This document shows, piece by piece, positions 43,807-54,066 of a DNA stretch of 54,066 bases. The notes under the pieces are model-generated. The model ran no database searches. It was given only the letters and a program-made list of their open reading frames with translations, and was not told where the DNA came from. The DNA comes from Diplonema papillatum (taxonomy: Eukaryota): the NCBI GenBank assembly GCA_030068145.1, contig JAPJBO010000148.1:272409-326474 (forward strand), read 5' to 3'. The position numbers were made by a program, and so were the translations under genes. The first letter of the stretch is position 1, and the number at the start of each line of letters is the position of its first letter.

Positions 43807-45455
43807 CGGGAAGTGCATCGAACTGCCTGCTGCTGTCTAAACCTTGCAAAGCCTGCGGCAGAGAAACGAGCGCGCGTCGATGCTCCGTTCTTCGGTCGCA
43901 ACTGTTACAAACTTGGCTAGCCGTGGTTAAAGTGTGAAATTCCGCCCCCCAGCCTCAACGGACAACCGGAGACCCCAAAACACCGAACCTCTAAACCACA
44001 CTAAAAGCTAAAAACCGCCCATCGAAGACAACTAAATACCGGCTTCTTACACCCACAGGCTTGGGCGTAGTCCGCGAGGAGGCTTCCGTGTATCCCGACA
44101 TTCATCTAGTTGGAGAACTGAGAACTATATTTTTTGAAGTGGAAACATAATCCCTCGAGGGGTAGACGACACGACACTGCGATTCGGTCTGCATATTTCC
44201 TCGGACGAGGCCCTTCGTCCGCACGTCAGTGCACGGTGTTTCTGTCGCTGGGATGGCGGCGCCAACACTATCTTTCCCCTAAACGCAAGCAATCCTCCGA
44301 AATGAGCCATTTCACCTACCCCACTGAGAACGACCTGAGCTCGAGTACGCGGGCATCTTGTCCAGGCGGGTAGCGTCACCTCCCCGATGCGAGCTGATTG
44401 CCGGCTGGATGCGGGCAACTGCCCCTTCGTACCACCGACACCCTCTGGGCGCTTCCAGGTAACGTCAATCGGGGGCTTTGAACCATGAACGCGACGAAAG
44501 AGAGCAGATGCAGATTATCGCTACAGATTCTTTGCATTCTAACCTAAAAGACCGACCTTCTAATCCACAAATAACGCTAAAAGAGTACGCTGTGATTCCA
44601 CTCGATACGATCAAGACGAGAGAGCTGAAGAAGCGAAAGCGCGAGGCCGGCGATGCGATTATCGCCACAAGTTCTTTGCATTCCAACCCAAACTACAAGG
44701 CTCGACCACGTTCGATCAGGCAGGGGGTGAATTGGCTCACGAAACCAAGACTTCAACGAACGAACGGCTCAACCAACACCGCCGAGCTACCGAAAACGGT
44801 TCCGACCGTCCAAAAGGACGGCCATACACGACGTGCCTTGATTGCTGCTTACGGAGTGGATAGATAGAACACGTTTCAGCACCCTGCCAAATCGCACCGC
44901 AAGCGTTCCCCTCGTTTTCATCGTCGAGTGTCCACTTGTTGCCCGCCACCGCTCCTTGTAGGTTTTGAAGACTTGGCCAGCCTCCTCCACTGCAGAGCTG
45001 ACCGAGGATGGACAAATGTGCCATCTCGGAACGCCCGTTGCTTTCCCCCGAAGTGTTGCGACGGTGCTGGATGAGGCGGTTCCCTCTAGAGGGACTTGCA
45101 AGCAACACAAAAAATCTTTCAGGGGATTAGCTTCTATATCCACATTTGGACTGTCAGTCCAAATTTGGAAAGGCTGCCGAGAAAAAAAGAAATAAAAAAT
45201 GGGACTCCACCACCACCAAGCTCCGGCAGAGTGGCCAAAGTGCATTCTGAGGGCCTCTCAGGGCCCAGCCTTGTCGTGAAGGTACGTCGCGTCGCGCTGT
45301 ATTGATGCCAGAGAGGAGGACACATGCAACACTGGCAGGCGAGCCCCCTAAGTGCAGAAACCGCTGAAAAACAGTGGAAACACAAAAAGCCGTTAGCGGT
45401 CCAAATTTGGAAAATGGACCGGAGACCAAGCTAATGCCCTGAAAAAGATCCAGAT

Positions 45456-46200
45456 TTAACATAGATGGCCGTTATATAACGTTATATAACGTTATTCCCG
45501 GAGTTATTTGTTACCCCCCCCCTAAATCCAGAAAAACCGTTATTGACCGTTATAAAACCGTTATTTGCCATTTTTGGTCGAAAAATAACGTTATTTGACC
45601 GTTATATCGTTATAATAACAATATATAACGTTATATAACGTTATATACCGTTATATAACGTTATTTTCGTCGCATGATACCGTTGTAGGGAGAAATCTGT
45701 AGGGGACACCCCTCGCAAAGTTTTTTTTTCTCCCTGTGACGAGTGAAATCGCGCGTTTTCAGCTCGTTTTGAGCCAAATCCGGTAGTGTTTGACCCTCAG
45801 TGCTCAAAGATCTGTGAAGAAAACCCCTCCTGTGAACGCTCCAGTCAAGCACCGTCTGCTAAAAAACGGAAGTCGAAGGTACTACCAAAATAGGCCAAAA
45901 TCTGAGAAAATCGGCAAAAATGGCCAAAAACCACCAAATATGGCCAGAAATCTGGAATAAGGGTAAAAATGGCCGAAATCTGGAAAAATCGGCAAAAAAT
46001 GGCCAAAATCTGAAAATTCCCAAAAACCGTTATTTGCGTTATTTTTTCCGTTATTTTGCGTTTTCGACCGTTATATAACGTTATATAACGTTATATAACG
46101 TTATGACCGTTATAACGTTATATAACGTTATATAACGTTATATAACGTTATCAACCGGCCATCTATTATTTAAAAGATGACCGGCCATCTATTATTTAAA
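45456..46200. mobile_element. ~720-bp TIR-bounded non-autonomous element made largely of (CGTTATATAA)n and AAAATGGCCAAAATCTG tandem words
   Basis: The left end is tttaacATAGATGGCCGttatataacg (45456-45485). The right end, reverse-complemented, is tttaaataATAGATGGCCGGttgataacg (46155-46174, duplicated at 46181-46200). A matching left end occurs alone at 28985-29010. Internal segments are shared with 29040-29075, 30997-31020 and 31840-31925. Confidence 0.55.
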
Positions 46201-47189
46201 AGATGAGAAAAATAAAAAGGGGTACGGTAGAGAAATCTTGCCTAAAGGAATCAACTGCCTTCGGGTAGGCTAGTCTGACACTAGTTGTTGTCGCCGGCAG
46301 TGCTCCCACTAAGGAAAAAACCGGAGGAATTCCTCAAAAAAAAAAAAAGGTGCTGAAAAATGCCCCGGAGGAATTCCTCCGGAGGAATTCCTCCGGGGGG
46401 ACCTGAGGAATTCCTCCGGCCTGGTACCTGGCGTAGGAGTGAACCCGTGTGGGTGTAGCTCGCGACTAGTACTGGTCATGAAGTCTTTGCCGAATCTTTC
46501 TGTGTGACTTTGGCACCTGCGGCATGGACTGCTTCAAAAAACCGCGCCTGGGGCACAAGATGTGGCTGATGGTGCGAGCATGTTGTCACATTTGGCGTCA
46601 AAACTGACTGAGTCCACCACAAAACTGTGAAGAGGGAAGGACAGTGTCTATCCTCATGCTTATCAGGAGTCTTTGTGCTCTCAAATACTCTTTGGGCAGA
46701 CCGCTGTGTGTGACACCATGCCAGTTTTCGGGATCTTCGTACTGCCCCTGACAAGGCCTCCATTTTTTTTCCGCGCCTGCGGCGCAAGTATTCTTGACTA
46801 TGTAGGACTATCTCATCTCGTTTTGTCCAAGTGTCCACTGGCAAAGGATTCATATCAAGTTTATAAGGAGTGCAGTGATATCCCGGCATGAGATCTCGCT
46901 TGTGGGGATTTCCAATGCTCAGCACCTTCGGCTGACACTGCCTACCAGCCTACCATGCAGGGTCACTACCCAGCTTGTGCACTGCACGAACAGCATGAAA
47001 TTGCTGGTGTTTGCTTCCTCTGGCATGGGGGGTTGGCGGTGGGATCCAATCTCAGAAGCTGGAGTCAAAGCTACAGTGAAAAAAGCGGGTGTGGTGCGGA
47101 TTCACGCGCATTTTGGTTGTGGTGGAGCAACCCATCTCTCGCCTGGGAGCACTGACAGACACTGCTAAAAAAGCGCGACACTGCGACAG

Positions 47190-47315
47190 CCAGGGGATTA
47201 GTTTCCGTTGCAGATTTAGACCGACGGTCTAAATCTGCAAACCGGACTTGGCCAGGGGATGAGTTTCTGTTGCAGATTTAGACCGACGGTCTAAATCTGC
47301 AAACCGGACTTGGCC
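47190..47315. repeat. Two tandem ~62-bp units, each with a 29-bp hairpin GCAGATTTAGACCGACGGTCTAAATCTGC
   Basis: Direct reading. A third partial copy (acggtctaaatctgcaaatcccgg) lies at 47998-48022. Confidence 0.75.
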
Positions 47316-48587
47316 GGGAAAAAAAAAAAAAAAGTTCAAAAAACGGTGTTCAAAGTAAATATAGGTGGGGGGTGTGGTGTTTAGCAGTGTGCTGAAGGTG
47401 CTGGAAGGCTGCTGAGCCTCTGCTGCTGAGACCCAGCCGCTGCCGTTCAATTGCGTTCAGCTGCGGGTCGGCGGCCACTGTGCTTACCGGGCCAAGGTCC
47501 TGTTTGACAGTTGAGTATCCCACACGAGCTTGAGTTGCCCACACACTTTTTGCCCAAATTTTCCGTCGCGCCTTCGGCGCGATGTTGCTAAAAATAACGC
47601 TAAAAATGTTGTTGTAAGCACGGCGGTGCACACCAAAACCGTGGACCTATTATCATAGGAATCATAGGAAAATAGGTCCCCAGGTCACCTTCAGCTGCCG
47701 AGACTGTCTGTTTCCGATTTTGACTGTTTTTGGAGCGCGTCCCCATATGGCACCCCCCCACAGGGAACCCAGAAGCATTCGGAAAACCCCGAAAAGCTTG
47801 ATCCAGGCTGGTGTACGTTGAAAAAACGCCCGCAAAATGTGTCGCCAAACTGACGGGGTGACCATAATTGACCCATAAAGGACCCATGAAGACCCCTCTT
47901 TTGCCGAACGAAGTTGTGGAGATGTGTCGGCTCTGCCCCAAGACGCCGTACATCGGCGAAAACGGCACCGAAACACCGCCCAAAACCACCCCATAGTAAC
48001 GGTCTAAATCTGCAAATCCCGGAAGCCTTCAAACTAATACCCTGGCGACAGCGCCAAAAAAAAAAACTTTTCCTGATTTAGGCTTCCTCCGGCATTTCGG
48101 AGGTAAGCGGGAGCACTGGTCGCCGGGGGAAAAAAAATGCAGAAAGTTCAAACACTCTTTTTTTGATTATCGACCGTGGTCACAAAACGTTAAACGCGGG
48201 TCCCTAAAAAACTCGAAACCGTCTAAAAAAGAAAAAGAAGAAGTAAATACGAAATGATAACACCCGACAAGAAATAACACGCCTGCACAACACCATTCCA
48301 TTCACCGGCGCGCCCGCCGCGTGTCAACCAGCTCAAAAGGACTCGCGCCACTTCCCCATCATTTTCACAAAATACTCTTTCATTTCTTTTTCCTCTTCGT
48401 CGCTCCCACCCACTCTCGAGCTGTTGTACCACCAAGTCTTCCGTTCTCTTTCTCGTAGGTTCGTTTCGTATGGCTTCGCACACACGCAGTCGGTTCCCGA
48501 CGACCTTCGGATCCCCACAGCGGGGGAAGAACCAAGGGATGCAGCGAGCCAGCGGTACCATCCTCCCGGATACAACGGACGCATCTG

Positions 48588-48700
48588 TTGCCAAAAGGAG
48601 GAGAGCCCGCGAAACAACGTGTCAACACACGCCTGCCAGGCGGTCTCGGCCGTCAGTCAGAACGCCCCCGGCTGCGCCACCATCGGTGCAACAATCATCT
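48588..48700 (+). repeat. ~112-bp direct repeat (second copy 53956..54066 at the window edge), 5.4 kb apart
   Basis: ttgccaaaaggaggagagcccgcg(aa/gc)acaacgtgtcaacacacgcctgccaggcggt(c/a)tcg(gcc/ctc)gtcagtcagaacgcccccggctgcgccacca(t/a)cggtgcaa. Confidence 0.7.
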
Positions 48701-51700
48701 TTGACTGGGCCGCGGCTCGCTCCGCGCCCACGACGTAACGACTTACGCTAGTACGGGACGGTAGTGGTCAGCGACAACACTGGCGCACACCTCATTCAGG
48801 CTTTCCTCCTTCTACTTCCAGCATCTGCTTCCCGTTCCTTCTCGCATCCACTACCACACCCTATCCTTCGCTCTTTGTCTTTCCCCCCGTACACGTTTAA
48901 CCGTCGCACTTTTCCCCCCGTTTTCACGTTCCTTTCCTCGGCCTCAACCAACGCCAACATCGTCCTCGATGGAGGGCTTCCGCCATTTTGTGCGAAAGGG
49001 AGTGTGGACGACACAACCTAGTCTGTCTCCTGCTCTGGGAAACCGGCGTCTTTTCAAGCCTGTCCTTGTGCAGCCGGGGCAATGGTGTCTGGCGACACCG
49101 ACAATGGCTGCTCTTCCGCCTGATCCGCAAGATTGACGGTCGAAGTCAGCAGGAACAACAGTTTTGCCTCCAAGACAATTATCTGCGGACAACTCCTTGC
49201 CGTTGGCAATCCCACCGTCCCCCCGCTCCTCAGGCTGGCCCTTTTTCTCTTGAAAGTATGCCAATACTGCAGGGAATAGTTGACTAGACCTCTTGAGTTT
49301 GTGCTAACCACGAATTGGGGAGTCGGGAGAACCTACAAAGCCAAAAGCAGGACCGACCCCCCCCCCCGTTCGTGAGAAAAAGCGAAGAATAGCACCTTTT
49401 TTTTTTCCATCTATCTTTGTCAAGAGCTGCAACTCAACTATTCCCTCTTCTCGGCACAGGAAGACAAACTCCCCACGTATCCTTTGTTTTTCTTTCGTCC
49501 TTTCTCACTTGCTCTCTCGCTCCCGACGGGGTCGGATCCCAGGACTTCAGGAGGGTTCAGGACCATCCATCCACGTAGGCCCTAGATTCCACCATACAAC
49601 CTGCATACCGTAATGGGGGAAATCCTGACCCTCGGAATAAACCGGAACAGGAAAACCCCTGAGTAAGAATTATTCTGAACATTTTTGGCTGGTGCTCAGG
49701 GGGGTTCCGGTTCTTGAATCCTGTTGGTGATGAGTCCTCGTGAGAGAATGTTCCCTTCGTGGCGCTCAGTACCCGGGACACTGGACACCGAAGGGCCTCA
49801 GTTCGAGTACGGGTTAGCTACACTGTGGGGCGTTCCGATGACGAAGTCCGTGGGGACACGCCAAAAAACCCGGAACAGGAAAGGAAAAGAAACCTGCACA
49901 TTTCGACCTGATTTTGAACTTGTTCAGGGATGTCCGGTTCAGAATTATTCCAAATGCGGTAGTACTATACACCTACACACGTACATGGCTAGCCATAACC
50001 CATAACGAAAGCGTGCACCAATTATACAACCCGTAACCACATAGCCCTTTCTTGCTCTTAGAGAACCCATGAACGGTCGCACGGAGACCCTAAAACCCCG
50101 GAATTTCAAGCGAACTGTAACTCTAAAAAATGTAGGATCGCACCAGGGCACGCAGAACACATGAGACGTGTAGCGGTGCTGGTTACGTGCAATCCCTGGT
50201 GGTTGATGTCACGTGATTCGTTAGAAAAGCATCAGCGACTTGGAAACAGACGACGCTAAACCTGTCGCATGCTTGATGTCTGGTAGCGGCTTGGGTGTCA
50301 TCAACCATAGGCTTCGCACCAAGGCACGCAGAACACATCTGAAACGTGTTGCGGGTGCTGGTAAGCAATCCCTGGAAGTTGATGTTGCGCATCGTCGACT
50401 TACCACACGCAGCACGACCATGCCCCCATGCTGCTGATGGATGACCCACCCCTGAACCACCCGACGGAATCCACGAAACGACGTCCCGAGCGAGCCGAGG
50501 GAGTCCGAAAATCTGTTTTACCATCCGACAATATGCATTTCCCGCGCTTCAAAAAATAAAGATAAGGAACAGGAACACGAAGGGGAAAAATAAAGAAGAA
50601 CGCCACAGCATCCAGTCTCGTGTTTTTTTTTTTTTTTTTGTTTTGTTTGTTAAGCTCCTTGGCCTTTGTCTTCCTCTCGGCGGTGCGTCTGCAAGGGGCA
50701 GGATGCTGACTCGAGGAGCTCGCCGACGTCGGAAGAAGCAGGCACCAACCCGCTTCCTCGCCTCTCCTTTTTTTTGTACAAGCACCAGCTTTGTAGGGAA
50801 ATTCTCGAGGAGGCCGCCAGATGCAAAAAATCTCGAAAGGGTGGAATGTGCTGTAGCCACGCGAAACACAGATGAATCTGGGTATATGGGCGAGGGGTAA
50901 ACGCACAACAAAACCGAACCGCTTTGTAGTTGTATATTTTCGCACTTAAAACCTTAGTTAGTACGTACGACACTTTAGACACCAATATAGCTCGAAGCAT
51001 CGCGCAGAATAGCACGAAAATTCTCCAGACAAAATCCCGTTTTCACTTTTCTTCCCCGTCGAAACAAACTGGACGGCCCCTCCGAGTACTTTTCCTCCCT
51101 TCTAGAGAACCAAATGAGTTCTTTTTCTTTGGTCGACATTCTGAACAGCGGGCACTCCCCCGTGTGCCGCGTGTGTTGCGCGACCCTTTCCTTGAGCTGA
51201 CCTTGGTAACAAGACCCAGGAAGTATACGCGGACTAGCATTTCATCTGCAGTGCGCTCGACTTCTCTTGGTTCTTGCGCCTGAGGCCTACCCGAGGCAGA
51301 GGGTAGCTTCTAGAGATTCGGGGGGGCAATGAGCTCCCCGAAACGTAGAGACAAGCGAAAGCGCGCTCTTTCCCGAGTTCGTAGCACGTGGCGAGAAGGC
51401 TGCATGTGCGTTCAACCATCATCCGGCTCTTCTGGTTTGTGGTTGCAACCTTCGGTACCACGAGTTTGCCATTCTTATGTCAAACTCTACAATTCCCTCT
51501 TGGGTCTTGGTTCAGGCAAGAAGATGTCCCACGATCACCTTCAGAGGCCCAGCCGTGTGCCGGCCCATTTCTTTTTGGGTAAAAGCTTGCCATCTCAACC
51601 AGTACCGATCCTCGGTGTGAAAGCATGGCCTAGTGATCCTTTGGTCTCGCTTCATCTCGCAGAGATAGAAAAGTTTCCTCAGGGATCATGGGTGTGTGGC

Positions 51701-52126
51701 AGCCAAGCGTTCCCGGCGACGTTGCTTTTGATAACCTAGACAAGCAGAATTGTCTGAGGGCTGGATTCACCATTAACAGGGAATCGTCTCCCGGATGAGG
51801 CAGCCGAACAAGGCTAGGTGTCTGTTCAGACACTTCGAGCTACGCCCCTACCTTTCAGGTTTTGAGCTTTCTCCTGATCTTTGTTTTTTTTCATAACAAA
51901 CATGAAATGTTGGAGGAAATGAGAAGCTCGTCACTGCGACCCGTGGCGTTTGCACTTGCGTCCTGAATTCAGCTTCGCGTCATCACGATCAGGCACGTGT
52001 TCAACGAAAACTCTGTTTCAGTCATCGTCATCATCGACTCTAAAAAGGACCCTAGTGTTGTATCAGCCCGGAGTGCGAGTGACGAGCTCTCAGTCCTCGG
52101 CCTTCCCCTGCGTAGGGCCGTATGAC

Positions 52127-52127
52127 C

Positions 52128-52210
<83 letters not shown>
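52127..52210. repeat. (AC)n dinucleotide microsatellite, ~42 units, followed by (CT)5
   Basis: Direct reading. Confidence 0.95.
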
Positions 52211-52213
<3 letters not shown>

Positions 52214-52644
52214 CTCTCTTCCCACCACAAAGCTATATGCTAGCTATCGAACTTTAGTTTGACTGCAGGTACTTCCTCTACCTGGGGCAGATTCTCGAAC
52301 TCTAGTTTGACCAACGGATGCTTTCTTTTACATGGAAACGCGCGAAGCTAAGTTCTCCCCCCCTCCCTCATCGATCCTCTGCGCGGGCACACGTCTCTCA
52401 AAATTGCGCTTTCTGAGCACAAACCGCATACAGAGACACGACTGCGCGACTTCCTGTCGCGCCTCGGAAGGACCCATCTTCTTGTCGCACTAATGTGTCA
52501 TTGACGACTTTTGCACCACTAGCTTCCCAGCATTTCGCTTCCTTTTCTCTCATTGGCGCAGGTGTCCGTCCATGAGCAAGCCCAGGCGGGAACGGAAATC
52601 TCGCGAGAGCACGATGGAGAATCACGGCTGCTGTTGGGGGTGGG

Positions 52645-53412
52645 ACAGATGAGACGGGGCGAAACGAAATCCATGCTTGGAGCCCTGGACCCGTGGGCAA
52701 GCAAGAGACGGGGTAAAACGAAAATCCATGCCCAGAGCCCTGGACCTGTGGGCAAGCTTGCCTAACAAGAGACGGGGTGAAACGAAATCCATGCTCAGAG
52801 CCGGGCAAGCTTGCCTAACAAGAGACGGGGTGGAACGAAATCCATGCTCATAGCCCTGGACCTGTGGGCAAGCCTGCCTAACAAGAGACGGGGTAAAACG
52901 AAATCCATGCTCAGAGCCCTGGACCTGTGGGCAAGCTTGCCTAATAAGAGACGGGGTGAAACGAAATCCATGCTCAGAGCCCTGGACCCGTGGGCAAGCA
53001 AGAGACGGGGCGAAACGAAATCCATGCTCAGAGCCCTGGACCTGCCTACCAAGAGACGGGGTGAAACGAAATCCATGCTCAGAGCCCTGGACCTGTGGGC
53101 AAGCTTGCCGAATAAGAGACGGGGTGAAACGAAATCCATGCTCAGAGCCCTGGACCTGCCTAACAAGAGACGGGGTGAAACGAAATCCATGCTCAGAGCC
53201 CTGGACCCGTGGGCAAGCTTGCCGAATAAGAGACGGGGTGAAACGAAATCCATGCTCAGAGCCCTGGACCTGTGGGCAAGCTTGCCTAACAAGAGACGGG
53301 GTGAAACGAAATCCATGCTCAGAGCCTTGGACCCGTGGGCAAGCTTGCCGAATAAGAGACGGGGTGAAACGAAATCCATGCTCAGAGCCCTGGACCTGTG
53401 GGCAAGCCTGCC
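52645..53412. repeat. Tandem array (~15 units) of AAGAGACGGGGTGAAACGAAATCCATGCTCAGAGCCCTGGACC with variable 8-20 bp spacers (TGTGGGCAAGCTTGCCTAAC / CGTGGGCAAGC / TGCCTAAC)
   Basis: Direct reading. The ORFs 52795..53478(-), 52811..53662(+) and 52956..53420(+) are translations of this array. Confidence 0.85.
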
Positions 53413-54066
53413 TTTGTTGAGCTCGTCGGCTGCTTCGAGCTCACCTCCGACTTTCTCGTTGAAGGCGTTGCGATCCACCCGTCGTAGACAAGAATTCCTC
53501 CGAAGACTGCGCGAGAACCACAGCTGGGGGCGACTCCCTGTCTCTCGTAGCTTTCACGCAACTCAAGAAGGTGCGAATGCGCCTTTTTTACAATCGATGA
53601 GAGCAAGAAGCTCTGCACACAAACGGGAGGGGCATTCATCCACACACCGCTGCTATTGCTAGCGTTGGTTCTTATCTCGGTCAATTGTATCCACCTCGAC
53701 CCCGCGGTTTTAGGCCACGGAGTTGAATCGAGTTGGATTCTTCGGACATGTATTAGCAATGGAGTTACCATTGTTATCCAACTGGGCCCAAAAGGCACCT
53801 TCCCCGCGTAGATTGGGGCAAGCAGACCCTCTCGTATTGCTCGCCGCTCTGGAAATGGAAACCGGCTGGTTGGGAGTTGTGGTTGAAGACTCGGAAGAAG
53901 AGAGTGGTTGGCTTGCCAAAATTAGACCCCCCGGGAAGTTGATTATCATGGGCTATTGCCAAAAGGAGGAGAGCCCGCGGCACAACGTGTCAACACACGC
54001 CTGCCAGGCGGTATCGCTCGTCAGTCAGAACGCCCCCGGCTGCGCCACCAACGGTGCAATCGTCAT

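Noticed and set aside
52645-53412. CRISPR-like appearance: a ~43-bp repeat with short variable spacers
   Set aside because: The window is eukaryotic (spliced astacin gene, telomere-like end, DIRS-like retroelements). The spacers are drawn from only three recurring variants rather than unique sequences, and there are no cas genes. This is a eukaryotic higher-order tandem repeat.
1-54066. Prokaryotic or operon interpretation of the window
   Set aside because: A phase-1 GT-AG intron restores an astacin active-site alignment. There are also retroelements with RT/RNase H, MITEs with TSDs and a telomere-like terminal array. No rRNA, tRNA or Shine-Dalgarno-organised operons were seen.

Overview
This window is eukaryotic, not prokaryotic. 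The main support is a canonical phase-1 GT-AG intron in an astacin gene, a telomere-like tandem repeat at the left edge, and a mix of retroelements and MITEs. It reads like a subtelomeric, transposon-dense region of a moderately GC-rich protist or early-branching eukaryote, but I cannot identify the organism from sequence alone. The left ~15 kb carries an 11-bp tandem repeat at position 1, an intact-looking Merlin/IS1595-type DDE transposase ORF, and at least three degenerate copies of a DIRS-like tyrosine-recombinase (YR) retroelement family on the minus strand. Those copies (gag-like, YR, RT-RNase H, plus a 402-bp hairpin-rich terminal block present twice) are heavily invaded by a ~212-bp MITE family with 29-bp TIRs and 4-bp TSDs; there are 12 MITE copies in 7 kb. 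From 15 to 28 kb there is a frameshifted RT-RNase H element flanked by 84-bp direct repeats. The same interval holds a two-exon secreted astacin metalloprotease gene (astacin + EGF + LamG-like, with signal peptide). It also holds a ~2.9 kb 15-bp-unit repeat array that is open in all six frames; it is Pro/Thr/Asn/Ala-rich (mucin-like) on the + strand. The right half (28-54 kb) has no convincing protein genes and is a mosaic of satellites, microsatellites, palindromes, TIR-bounded non-autonomous elements and dispersed direct repeats. The ORF track uses alternative start codons, so many listed ORF starts are not ATG. Several long ORFs there are GC-composition or repeat artefacts.
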